DNA of 63,710 nt, counting the filler, from Octopus bimaculoides (lineage: Eukaryota), in assembly GCF_001194135.2 (NCBI RefSeq). It is 8 parts of 8 records of this genome, joined end to end, with 100 filler letters (N's around TTAATTAATTAA, not from the genome) between each part and the next. Parts side by side here need not be neighbours in the genome. Positions count along the whole stretch, not along the records: positions 16,464 to 42,384 come from NC_068985.1; positions 42,485 to 50,143 come from NC_068996.1; 6 more parts are not named here. One strand, 5' to 3'. The position numbers were made by a program, and so were the translations under genes. Shown here piece after piece: positions 37,120 through 48,137 of this stretch (position 1 is the stretch's first letter; every line of letters begins with the position of its first letter). Under the pieces are notes generated by a model. The model did no database searches, had not been told where the DNA came from, and saw nothing but the letters and a program-made list of their open reading frames with translations.

Positions 37120-37485
37120 GATTTCAAATTTTGGTACAAGGCCGGCAATTTTGGGGGTAGGGTAAATCAGCTGGCACGTATTTTATCGATCCCGAAAAGA
37201 TGAAAGGCAAAGTTGACCTCGGCGAAATTTGAAATTGGAACGTACAGACAGACAAAATGCCGCTAAGCGTGCTAACAATTCTACCAGCTTGACGACTTCG
37301 GGGAGAAAAAGGTAATGTTAGTAATGCTTGGTGGCATTTTGTTCGTCTTTGTTCTTTGTTCAAATTCCACCGAGGTCAACTTTACTTTTCATTCTTTTGG
37401 GGCCGATAATATAGATAGCAGTTGAGTACCGGAATCGATGTAATCGATCTACCTCTCCCCCCGAAATTGCTGGCATTGTGCCAAT
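37120..37485. mobile_element. Two SINE family A copies in opposite orientation
   Basis: Minus copy at 37120-37290 and plus copy at 37320-37485. Confidence 0.8.
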
Positions 37486-38066
37486 ATCGTGAAAAAGAAA
37501 GTATCTGGGATTTATGCCAAAAATACCACTCCATTTGTTTACTGAACTAATAAAAACGTGTTAATGTTGAATGAAACTATGCCTGCATAATATCTAAAAT
37601 TATTGATTTTATTACCTAAGGTTGGTATATTTTTGAGAAAACTAGTCTGTTACCTACTTGTATTTATTTATACAATGTCTATGGCTGATTTATAAATGAA
37701 CATTTCTATTTTATTAGGAAAAGGAAACCTAACATTTTTTTATAAACGAATAAAATTTAAGTTTGAAAATGTCAACCAAAATACTAGTCTTTTTTCGTTT
37801 TTCCTTATTTGCATTTGTTTTGCTATTAATGTGATGTAGGAGACTGGCTTCCAGTAAGATAAATAGTTTACTATCCTGTTTAGATTGACTGGGGAAGTCA
37901 ATTGATTCTGAGAGATACTTTACAAATGTATGCCCTTTATCCTAATTAAACGCAAATACTTCTGTCACAGTTTTCTGTCAATTGAAATTTGAAAAAAAAA
38001 AAAAAATATATATATAGTCGACGTGAGAAGTTATAATTGCTCCGGTTGTTAAACTTTAACTATTGG

Positions 38067-38269
38067 TTTCAAATTTGACACAAGGCTAGCAACTTCGTGG
38101 GAGAGAGTAAGTCGATTATATCGCCCCCAGTACCAACTGGTACTTATTTTATCGTCACTGAAAGGGACGAAAGGAAAAGTCGGTGTATTTTGAACTGAGA
38201 ACGTAGCGGCAGACGAAATACTGCTAAGCATTTCGCCCGGCGTGCTCCCGATTCTGTCAGCTGGCCGCC
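38067..38269 (-). mobile_element. SINE family A copy with a 21-bp TSD
   Basis: TTGTTAAACTTTAACTATTGG at 38046-38066 and 38270-38290. Confidence 0.9.
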
Positions 38270-38974
38270 TTGTTAAACTTTAACTATTGGCAATATAATT
38301 CAACACGTCAGCTATGTTCTACCAAGTAATTATAAGACGATCTGTACCAATGATATCTTCAATTAGAAAGATTTTGACAAATAAAAAATTCGTTTATATA
38401 TATGAAAATAACTTGGACCATCTAATTGTTGTAGGGGCGCCGTCGTGGCACATGGGTACCTTTAACGCTCTGGGACCTGATACAGCCTGTCCGACATCAG
38501 ATTCCTTCCAGAAGAGAGAAATTCATGCCGGAAGAGAGAAGATTCGACTATAGTTGATAGTGGGATTTGAACTTGCAATGTAGCGAGCCTGAACCATTAC
38601 TGTAAGGCAATTTATTCGAATCAGTAAAGCCTCTGCCAATCGGACTTCCTATATGTATGTTTTCGTATATGCGTGTGTCTAAATACATGTGTGTGTGTGT
38701 CTGATCAACTAATTTTACATTCATACACAGATAAATGAAACATGCTTATATATGTATGCGATTTAAAGAGAAAATGTAGAAAAAATTTAAATAAGGAATT
38801 TGATTAATTTCAAAAATGCAAATTTTATTTCCTTTGAGAAGTTTTGCAGTCTTGAAATCGCCATAGAAATTCTGTCTTTTCCTTTACATTTTCTTTCTTC
38901 TGTCTGTTCCTACATTCAGAACTGGGGAGGCCTGAAATGAAGTTGATTATCAAAATATAGCTCCGTATTAACTA

Positions 38975-39268
38975 TTAGTTTCAAATTTTGGCACAAGGCC
39001 AGCAATGCCAGGAGAGGAGTGAAGTCGATTACAACTGGTACTTATTTTATCGACTCCGAAAGGATGAAAGGCAAAGTTGACCTCGGTGGCGTGTTGACTC
39101 TGAATATTAACACGCACGAAATGCTGCTAAGCATTTTGTCTGACGTGTTAACGATTCTACCAGATCGCTGTCTTCTCCATACTAAATATTGATTTGAAAT
39201 TTTGGCACAAGGCCAGTAATTTGGAGCGAGGGGGTAAGTCGATTCTGTTGACACTAGTATTCAACTGG
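38975..39268 (-). mobile_element. SINE family A copy plus a 3' fragment
   Basis: Core and TTTCAAATTTTGGCACAAGGCCAG tail, the tail occurring twice. Confidence 0.8.
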
Positions 39269-39545
39269 GGATCTTTTTTAAAACGGGGGCCACATTTTTC
39301 ATTAACGAAACACTTTGAAACTTGGAACACTGGTAGAATGTGTCATATAAAACATCTTTTTCTCTTAGTCTTCTTTAAAAAAAAAGAAATCTCTAAGTTA
39401 TTCCATGTTAAAGTTGTCGTATTTCTGTAATTTCAACCAATCACTGACGTCCATTCAGCCGATATACATTAAGTGCCGACTACATAAACAAACGATTCTG
39501 AAACAGTTCTATCGGTGATAGGGTTAGGGTTAGGGTAAAACAGCA
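39268..39545. mobile_element. Interspersed repeat shared with 63592-63710, containing (TTAGGG)n
   Basis: AAACGGGGG..TTAACGAAACACTTTGAAACTTGG.ACACTGGTAGAATGTGTCATATAAAACAT is present at both loci. TAGGGTTAGGGTTAGGG at 39519-39535. Confidence 0.7.
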
Positions 39546-40195
39546 AATTTAAAAAGAAAAAAAGCAAAACGAAGCTATGGAAATTAAATACGCTTTACAC
39601 TGCTTAATCAGCCAAAGGAGTAAATATAANNNNNNNNNNNNNNNNNNNNNNNNNNNNNNNNNNNNNNNNNNNNNNNNNNNNNNNNNNNNNNNNNNNNNNN
39701 NNNNNNNNNNNNNNNNNNNNNNNNNNNNNNNNNNNNNNNNNNNNNNNNNNNNNNNNNNNNNNNNNNNNNNNNNNNNNNNNNNNNNNNNNNNNNNNNNNNN
39801 NNNNNNNNNNNNNNNNNNNNNNNNNNNNNNNNNNNNNNNNNNNNNNNNNNNNNNNNNNNNNNNNNNNNNNNNNNNNNNNNNNNNNNNNNNNNNNNNNNNN
39901 NNNNNNNNNNNNNNNNNNNNNNNNNNNNNNNNNNNNNNNNNNNNNNNNNNNNNNNNNNNNNNNNNNNNNNNNNNNNNNNNNNNNNNNNNNNNNNNNNNNN
40001 NNNNNNNNNNNNNNNNNNNNNNNNNNNNNNNNNNNNNNNNNNNNNNNNNNNNNNNNNNNNNNNNNNNNNNNNNNNNNNNNNNNNNNNNNNNNNNNNNNNN
40101 NNNNNNNNNNNNNNNNNNNNNNNNNNNNNNNNNNNNNNNNNNNNNNNNNNNNNNNNNNNNNNNNNNNNNNNNNNNNNNNNNNNNNNNNNNNNNNN

Positions 40196-40243
<48 letters not shown>

Positions 40244-40963
40244 GATAACATACGTACCAGACTAGACTAGGATCAATGTATTCAAACAAAAGATATTGAT
40301 TTTGTTTTAAAACATACTTTTTTAATAATCTCCTTGGTCAGGCTGTTGTATAACATTCGAGCGCTCAGCTAAAATCAGAGAGATGATATCCATCCTTAAA
40401 TCAGTCAGTTTCAAAGTGGAGACTACTGCGCTTATGCTTTTGGGGATTGTTTAAGGGGCCGATCGTAGTGAAAGTATTTCATACGTAATGCAGGTTTTAC
40501 TATTGCTCTAAATTATTTCTATATTGTTTATTATCTTCTTTCAGTGTTGTATTGTGTAGTGTAAAAGTGTGAAACGTTGAACAAATGAGCAGTTTTTTTT
40601 AAAACGTGTATAAAATATGGTTTTATTTACTATCGTTTATGTTAACGGTGCACCAAGTGGTAATTGCTAGCAATTCCAAGAATTAATTTTGGGCTAAATT
40701 TAAATCCTTCAGAAAAGCAACAATTTGAGCAGAATTGCTAACAATTTCTGCTAGACTTTTTTTTCCTCCTCTTTCAGTTGGAGAAATTTGAATAAAGAAT
40801 TTATTATATAAGGTATTTAGTACACCCCAATTAATCTAATACATAGAAACACGCATGCGTCCGTACATACATACAAACCACACACACACATATGTGTGGA
40901 AAAGAGGATTGTGCACAATTTTCGTCTACCTCTTTCATTCACGATGTATTAAATTACTTACTC

Positions 40964-41001
40964 TCCCCTCTATGTTAGCCCGCATGGGTAATAAAAAATC
41001 A
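40964..41001 (+). mobile_element. 38-bp 5'-truncated SINE A tail with a 21-bp TSD
   Basis: GATGTATTAAATTACTTACTC at 40943-40963 and 41002-41022. The insert matches the tail of the copy at 15677-15906. Confidence 0.75.
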
Positions 41002-41160
41002 GATGTATTAAATTACTTACTCAAGGTAATAATCGAACCCGAAACAGACGGCTGCAAAGCAAACTTCTTAACCCCTCGGCTATGATTGCGCACTTGCATT
41101 ATACAAAAGAAATATATATTTAAAAAAAAGCCAAAACAAAACAAAAACAATTATACTTAC

Positions 41161-41372
41161 TCAGGTCCTTCCAACAATAAGTTGCATTTACCAAACGGTA
41201 TTTGTAATTCCTCTTCCAAAGTTTCGTACCAATCAAAAATAACTTCATTAATTTTATCGAACATATCAGTCGGTTTGTACCAAGAAGCTAAGGTGCTATC
41301 TTCCTTTTTCAATTTAAATGCTGCATTTAAAACAGTTAAGGTCCTTCTCTGTGATAAGCCCATTTCCTCGAG
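41161..41372 (-). CDS. Internal coding exon of an unidentified gene (212 nt, phase 0 to phase 2)
   Basis: Acceptor TATTTTAACAG|, donor |GTAAGT. Open frame LEEMGLSQRRTLTVLNAAFKLKKEDSTLASWYKPTDMFDKINEVIFDWYETLEEELQIPFGKCNLLLEGP has globular-protein composition. Confidence 0.7.
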
Positions 41373-41475
41373 CTGTTAAAATAGATTCAGAAGAATATTC
41401 ATGTAAATAAAAAAGCAAACAAAAAAAAAACATTAAGGTAATAAAACGACCATGCAAAAGAATTATCAGAATCTA

Positions 41476-41696
41476 CGAGGGGTTGCTGAAAAGTTCCTGG
41501 CTTTGGGTAAAAGAAAACACTAGTAGATCAGTTAATTATGATTTTATTCAACATATTTCTCTCTCAAATTCACACACTTATTGCAGCGGCCCTTCAGTTT
41601 TTCTAAGCCCTGTAAAAGAACACGAAAGGTTGGGCCTCCAACCAGGCCTTTCGCGAAACCCTCAAAGCCAAGAAATTTTCACCACCCCGCTCCTCA
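41476..41696. mobile_element. Mariner-type MITE family M, copy 3 (complete)
   Basis: TA|CGAGGGGTTGCTGAAAAGTTCCTGGCTTT ... AAAGCCAAGAAATTTTCACCACCCCGCTCCTCA|TA. Confidence 0.85.
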
Positions 41697-41824
41697 TATA
41701 TTATAATAAGAGTCATTTTCCACGTTCGTCACACTATCTTCATATTGTGATGATTTTCAAGTAATTTATGTAGAGAGCTGAAACTAGATCAAATCAACTC
41801 AAATCACACATATATATAAATTTT

Positions 41825-42278
41825 CAAACGCAGGATAATGCTAATAATATAGCCTGAAGAGGCCAAACTACCCCTATCTTGCAGAAAAAAGTGTAGGCGG
41901 TTAGCTGTAGGACTCTAACTCACATCTCCGTGATTACGCGTCACGATGCTCTGAGCGATTGAGCTAAACTCCCCCACTACAGACTCCTTTGCAAATTTAA
42001 GATGCATAGAAATCTCGCTTTATGAGACGCTATCATATGTTAAATTCAAATTACGATGAACATATACAAACAAACGAAGTTTGCTTTTAGAAGCGTTGAG
42101 TTGTCTTAGAAAGTTAAAGAAGTGATTTAAAATTCTCAATCGCAGGATAATGCTAAAAATATAGCCTGAACACGGAGATGTGAGTTCGAGTCCCACAGCT
42201 AATCACCTACACTTTTTTCTGCAAAATAGGGGTAGTTTATCCTGTTCAGGCTATATTATTAGCGTTATCCTGCGTTTT
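41825..42278. repeat. About 105-bp inverted repeat plus a 30-bp direct repeat enclosing a tRNA-like sequence
   Basis: 41828-41932 is the reverse complement of 42171-42275 with few mismatches. CGCAGGATAATGCTAA.AATATAGCCTGAA recurs at 42142. Confidence 0.85.
41899..41973 (-). pseudogene. tRNA-like sequence (CGT/Thr anticodon position); pseudogene or SINE head
   Basis: TAGCTCAAT..GAGC D-arm, perfect CGTGA/TCACG stem with loop CGCGTAA, T-arm GTGAG-TTAGAGT-CCTAC (TTCGAGT in the inverted copy). Acceptor stem only 5/7 paired; TTTTTT follows 3'. Confidence 0.6.
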
Positions 42279-42484
42279 TGAACTAACCAGCTGTATAGAT
42301 GCAAACACAATTCCATCTTCCTTGCTTCCTTCTTTCTTTCCTTCTCTTTTCCTTTCACACTCCTTTCAGATACACAGGCACATANNNNNNNNNNNNNNNN
42401 NNNNNNNNNNNNNNNNNNNNNNNNNNNNTTAATTAATTAANNNNNNNNNNNNNNNNNNNNNNNNNNNNNNNNNNNNNNNNNNNN

Positions 42485-42755
42485 TGAGATCGTTGCCAGT
42501 GCCCCTGGACTGGCTTGTGCGGGTGGCACATAAAAGACACCATTTCGAGCGTGGCCGTTTTCGTGCGGGTGACACGTAAAAGCACCCACTACACTCTCTG
42601 AGTGGTTGGCGTTAGGAAGGGCATCCAGCTGTAGAAACTCTGCCAAATCAGACTGGAGCCTGGTGTTGCCATCCGGTTTCACCAGTCCTCAGTCAAATCG
42701 TCCAACCCATGCTAGCATGGAAAGCGGACGTTAAACGATGATGATGATGATGATG
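42485..42755 (+). mobile_element. SINE family C, 3' part with (GAT)n tail
   Basis: GGTTGGCGTTAGGAAGGGCATCCAGCTGTAGAAA..CCCATGCTAGCATGGAAAGCGGACGTTAAACGATGATG. CpG-decayed copies lie at 43940-44170 and 47695-47880 (minus). Confidence 0.8.
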
Positions 42756-42945
42756 ATATATATATATGATATATATGAGTGTAAGTGTGTGTGTGTGTGT
42801 GCACATGAGCATGTATGTGTGCATGTGTGTGTATCATTAAAGATGTAAATATTGGTGAGGAGATGAAATTAATTGATGCTACTCAAACGAAGTCTCCAGC
42901 AGTGTTTGCTTCTGCATTAATTAAACAGAGTCATATCACTCTCAC

Positions 42946-43015
42946 TGTTGGATATATAGGGATCTTCTCTTTGGCCCATTGTAAACCAGTAAATAATGTC
43001 ACAATTGTATATAGG
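42946..43015 (-). CDS. Candidate 70-nt coding exon of the minus-strand gene
   Basis: Acceptor TATTTTATATTCCAG|, donor |GTGAGA. The frame LYTIVTLFTGLQWAKEKIPIYPT ends in phase 0 and would join the 41372 exon. A second frame is also open. Confidence 0.45.
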
Positions 43016-43249
43016 CTGGAATATAAAATACCAAATATTTTAGTCAAGGAAACTTCCTTTCACAGAGAATTTAAAAAACAAACCAAATAAAAAGAAATTA
43101 AAAAAAAACATTTCATGGAATGTAAAATGAATGTCTTTAACACATGACATAAGGATTTTAGGATGGTAATGCAATATAAGCAGTTATATATTTGTCCCAA
43201 GAGCAATTTTAAAGAACATCTTGGAAATCACACACACAAGCATACATAT

Positions 43250-43605
43250 AGGTGCAGGCATGGGAGCTTGCTTCTTAACAACATGGTTCCGGGTTCAGTT
43301 CCCCTGCTTGGCATCTTGGGCAAGTGTCTTCTACTACAGCCTCAACCGACCAAAAGCCTTGTGAGTGGATTTGTTAAATGGAAACTGAAAGTAGCTCATT
43401 TATATGTGTGTGTATGTTTGTGCATGTATCTTTGTTCACCACCACTGCTTGACGACCAGCATTGGTGTGTTTATGTCCTTGTAACTTAGTGGTTCAGCGA
43501 AACAGACTGATACAATAAGTATTAACCTTAAACAAATAGTACTTGGAACAATTCTTTAAGGTGGTGCCCCAGCATGGCTGCAGCCTAATGACCGCAGCAA
43601 GTAAA
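43250..43605 (+). mobile_element. SINE family B copy, CpG-decayed
   Basis: Same blocks as 22725-23090, with many CG to TG/CA changes. Confidence 0.8.
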
Positions 43606-45109
43606 AAATAAGAAGAAAGATTTGCTCACTTATATTATATACAGTGACATAGAAAATAGAGTCATGAATAATTACAAATGTAGATGAACTGAGAAATAGA
43701 AAAGAAGATACAAGAAAAGAGAAAAAGTTGAATTAGAGGAAAAGAGGAATAAATAAATATGATGATTTTATTTTCTAATAATAATTGTTATTGTTTCATT
43801 CTTTTATTTGTTTCAGAAACTGGTCTGTAGTAATACTGGGGCACAGTCTTCAAAGTTCAGTTGATCAAATCTATCTGAATATTTATTTTAAGTTTGGTTT
43901 TTATTCTGATGGTTCCTTTTTGCCAGAGTGCTGACAAACATCATCATCATCATCATCATTATTTAACATCTGTTTTCCATGCAGGCATGGGTCAGATAGT
44001 TTGACTGGGACTGGCAACCCAGAGAGCTGCACCAAGTTTTTGTCTTCTGTTTTGACCTGGTTTCTATGGCTGGTTGCCCTTCATAATGCCAGCCACTTTA
44101 CAGAGTGTGGACTGGATGGTTTCTACATGTCACTGGCCACAACCACGATTTCACTCAGCTTGACATGTCTTCTCAAGTACAAAAAATTGCCAGAAGTTTT
44201 GGTCACTTGTTACCTTCATAAGGCTCAACAACTGAAGATCATATTTTACCACCCCATCCTAGGTCTACCCCTTCCACAAGTTCCCTCCACAATTAGAGAT
44301 CAGCACTTCTTCACTCAGCTGTCCTCATCTATATGCATCACATGACCATACCAGAGCTGTCTTCTCTCTTGCACACAACATCTGATGCTTCATATATGCA
44401 ATTTTACTCAACATTAGTTGTCACATGGTGATGGGTAGAAAACACAACTCCAATGATGCACCCACCCACTCACTTTCATACTCACAGTGTATACATGCAC
44501 ATACATACATGTCTATATAAATATATATCATAAAGCATTGATTGGCCCAGGACTAAAGCAGAAGGTGCTGCATGGGAAGTTCTTAAACACACAGCTACTC
44601 TTTTACCAAAAGTTATTAATACCTCAGAACTTAAGGTAATTACTTCATCTCATATTTCAGTAAAATATTAAAAATTCATGCATTAACAATTCTGAGGCTT
44701 ATTTTCAATAGCTAAATTTAAAAGATACTCACAGTCTTTGCTCAACATCTCATTCTTTGGAATTTGATTCTTGGCAAAGCCAACAGTTCATGCTTACAGG
44801 TATGCAATTGTTGTTATTATTACTGTGTCCTCCACCACCTCATCATCTCTAATCAACAAACCTACTGCATGAAGATAACTTGTTATTATTGTTGTCGTGG
44901 GTTTGTTTATTCTTAAGTTGACCCTGACCAAGCAAACCTATGATAAAAGACCTTCAATCTACGAATCTCTCATATGTTTCTTTTCAGTAAAGGTATACTT
45001 CAGACTATATTTCTACTAAAGATTTGCTTCTTTAAGACAGTAAGAGAAATTTGGCTGACATATCTAACTCGTGGAGTACCAGCCATGTAAACTTTTCCTC
45101 ATTATTTCA

Positions 45110-45305
45110 TAAGGCAGAATTGTTAGTGCACCAAGCAAAATGCTTAACAATTTCATCCCACTTTATGCTCAAATTATGATGTGGTTGACTTTGCCTTTCT
45201 ACCTTTCAGGGCTTTATAAAATAAGTACCAGTTGAGTACTGGAGTCAATGTAATCAACTTCTCCATTCCTGAAAAATGCTGGCCTTGTGTCAAAATAAGA
45301 AAATA
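45110..45305 (+). mobile_element. SINE family A copy, CpG-decayed
   Basis: GGCAGAATTGTTAGTGCACCAAGCAAAATGCTTAA..GTTGACTTTGCCTTTC..ATAAAATAAGTACCAG. Confidence 0.8.
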
Positions 45306-46788
45306 TCATTTCAAAGGTCATCAACCTAATAACTTGGTGTAATTCACAGAATTTTTATTTCCAGTGTACCACTCCACTGCCAAACTGAAGACCACACTGC
45401 CATACTCTGACATGAAGTGGTTAATTGTATGGGAAGCAGTTTAAAAGTCTGGACATGTTGTACTTTTTCCACTCTCGAGACTATTTCTGGAGAATTATAT
45501 TCCCTGACCCCGTATTCTTTTACCATTGTCTCTGTATCACATGAAAAAACTTATTCTATTGCATTTATCTACTTGATTTCTTATTTATTTATTTATTTTA
45601 GTCTTCATGAGATTCCTACTCAATTTCTGTGTGAATCGCCATTTAAAGTTCTGAAATACCATTTTTCTCTAGTCTGCTCAAACAACTTAGATTTACACAA
45701 TGGAGTTAGCAATTTTACCATCAGACTTCTGAGAGAAAATCCCATGCTTTGGAATTTATGAAATAAATAAATAAATTTAAAAAAAAAATGAAAATGTTGA
45801 ATTTAGATAGCTAAATAGGTCAAATAGATATCTGAGTAGATCTAAATGCTTTTTAAGATGCTGATGTGTAAAAGAGATGACCTTTTAGATATTTCAGTGA
45901 ATCCAAGGGTCCTTTTGTAATTGCTTTGTTTTCAGTAAAATGGTAAACTGGTGAGAAACATTTTTAGAGATTTGTATTTTCTATTTTTCTCATTCATCTG
46001 TAGAAAATATGTAAAAACTAATTCAGGTGGCAAAAGTCTCTCCCAATTTTAGTTTTCTTCCCATGTCGTCTGGTAATCTTCTATTTAATATCAATGTCTT
46101 ATTATAAATGTTTCCAAACAGCTACCCTCTCTTAAATTATTGCTCAAATTGTTTTCTCTAATATCATGGAGATGAAAAGCAAATTTCTTTGTCGCAAGAC
46201 TCTAGTCTATTGTCTATAAACATTCCCAGATTATATATATTATATATANNNNNNNNNNNNNNNNNNNNNNNNNNNNNNNNNNNNNNNNNNNNNNNNNNNN
46301 NNNNNNNNNNNNNNNNNNNNNNNNNNNNNNNNNNNNNNNNNNNNNNNNNNNNNNNNNNNNNNNNNNNNNNNNNNNNNNNNNNNNNNNATATATATATATA
46401 TACACACACACGTGTGCATGTGTGAGTGTGTGTGTATACATATAGTTGTTATCTATTGAACCACAACTATATAAATTAAGAAAATGAAGCCTTAAATGTC
46501 AGAAATAAGCCAAAACATTTACGGTAGGTTTGAACTTCTGACTTCAATAAGTCAACAGTTTGACACTTCATTGGATTCTTCACTAAATATCTGTATTTTG
46601 TTAATTGCCTGTCTATATGATGAATCTATTTTCATTGACCTGATTCATTATATGATTCATTCACATTTTAGATATTTTACTTAACTTGGGGTAACCAGAT
46701 GAAAAAAAAAATCAAGCACATTTTATAATTTAGGTACTTGCTTAGTGTGGACTCCATTAGCCAACATATTGTACATGAAACCACTCAC

Positions 46789-46908
46789 GAAAATAATCAT
46801 TGATGTAGCACTTATGAATCCATGTAGATGGCCAAGCCAGTTAGAAGTTTGCTTCTCAATTGCATCAAGTTCTGGAATCATCCTTACAACAGACCATTTT
46901 GGTGTCTT
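46789..46908 (-). CDS. Candidate 120-nt coding exon (phase 0 to phase 0)
   Basis: Acceptor CTTTCAATCACTAG|, donor |GTGAGT. Only one frame is open: KTPKWSVVRMIPELDAIEKQTSNWLGHLHGFISATSMIIF. Confidence 0.55.
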
Positions 46909-48101
46909 CTAGTGATTGAAAGTTAACCAGATGCTAACCAGATGCCTTGGCTTGCATTATCTAATATTTCCATTGCTTTTTTAAAATTTAAACTGTGAAA
47001 TTTAAGGGAGATTTGGCTACAATTTCTTGTAGGTAATACTATTCCCTCATGTATACTTAGACACAATGAAATTTTAATTTGAAGTGATATAGCTTGGCTA
47101 TTTGAAATTTACTAGTGAAATAAACATCAGCCTTACCCCATGAAAAAACTATAGGAACTATTCAGAAATATTGCAAGCTTCAGTGACTAAAGCCATTGGA
47201 ATGTCAGTAAAACTTCAGTATCATCAGCAGGTATCTTAGGCTCACAAAAATTTTGTTCCTTAAAATGTGTGTCTCACTTGAGTGGAGCAGAAAGGACTAA
47301 GTTAACCTTCACCCACAGAAGGGTTCCATATACAACCTCCTGACAACCACACCTTCTTAGTTGATTAAATTGACACCAGAACTTATTTCAGTTTGGTATA
47401 TGTTTTATTATTCATTATTTGTCACACCCCCAACAAATGGAGTAGAAAATGATACATAAACAAGGACTACATTTTAGTTTATATACATATAAGTATTAAT
47501 GCAACTGTAGACAGATTCACTCACATGATTACATACACACACACATACATGCATACATACATACATACATGCATGCACTCATGCATTCATACATACATGC
47601 ATACATACATACATGCATACATACATACATGCATACATACATACATACATACATACATACATACATGCATACATACATACATACATACATACATTATCAT
47701 CAATTAACATCCTCTTTCTAGTATGATTTGGATGGTTAAATGGGTCCTGGCAAGCCAGATGTCTGTGTCAAGCTGTCCTGTCTTCTTTGGAATGGTTTCT
47801 ACAGCTATATGCCTTTCCTAGTGCTAATCACTTTAAAGAACATAATGGATGTATTTTTTTACATAGCCCCAGCACCAGTGAATAACCTGCAACATAAGAC
47901 CTCTTAGCTGAGGTGGGGAGTAGTATTGCGGGAAGTGACTTTGTGCCAGGTGATGATTAGGATTAAAATATGAATAGAAAGGGATTGAAAAAAGGGTCTG
48001 GCTGTAGAGGAGATATTTTCCAAATGTGCAACACAGTAGAATTAAATCTCTAGTTTACCTGGCTAAAAAACAAACTTCTTAACCATGCTTGTGCTTCAAT
48101 A

Positions 48102-48137
<36 letters not shown>

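Noticed and set aside
37729-37941. 70-codon open minus-strand frame (DKGHTFVKYLSES...)
   Set aside because: The acceptor is weak and phase 0, incompatible with the phase-2 donor at 41160; no clear donor.
41303-41372. LEEMGLSQRRTLTVLNAAFKLK as the end of a SAM domain
   Set aside because: Only superficial similarity. The candidate upstream exons do not supply the rest of a SAM fold, so no domain was assigned.
41899-41973. Functional tRNA-Thr(CGT) gene
   Set aside because: G at position 33, an extra base before the anticodon stem, T-loop TTA and two acceptor-stem mismatches; kept only as a pseudogene or SINE head.
41851-42050. CTGAAGA..GAAATCTC..GAGACGCTAT as a large hammerhead enclosing the tRNA-like sequence
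   Set aside because: Stem II does not pair and the UH cleavage dinucleotide is missing.
45344-45526. 60-aa minus-strand ORF as an exon of the hidden gene
   Set aside because: Weak donor and a phase that does not link to the better exons without extra unseen exons.
46789-46840. GHLHGFISA as a rhomboid/iRhom TM6 motif
   Set aside because: The preceding sequence is polar rather than a transmembrane helix; insufficient for a family call.
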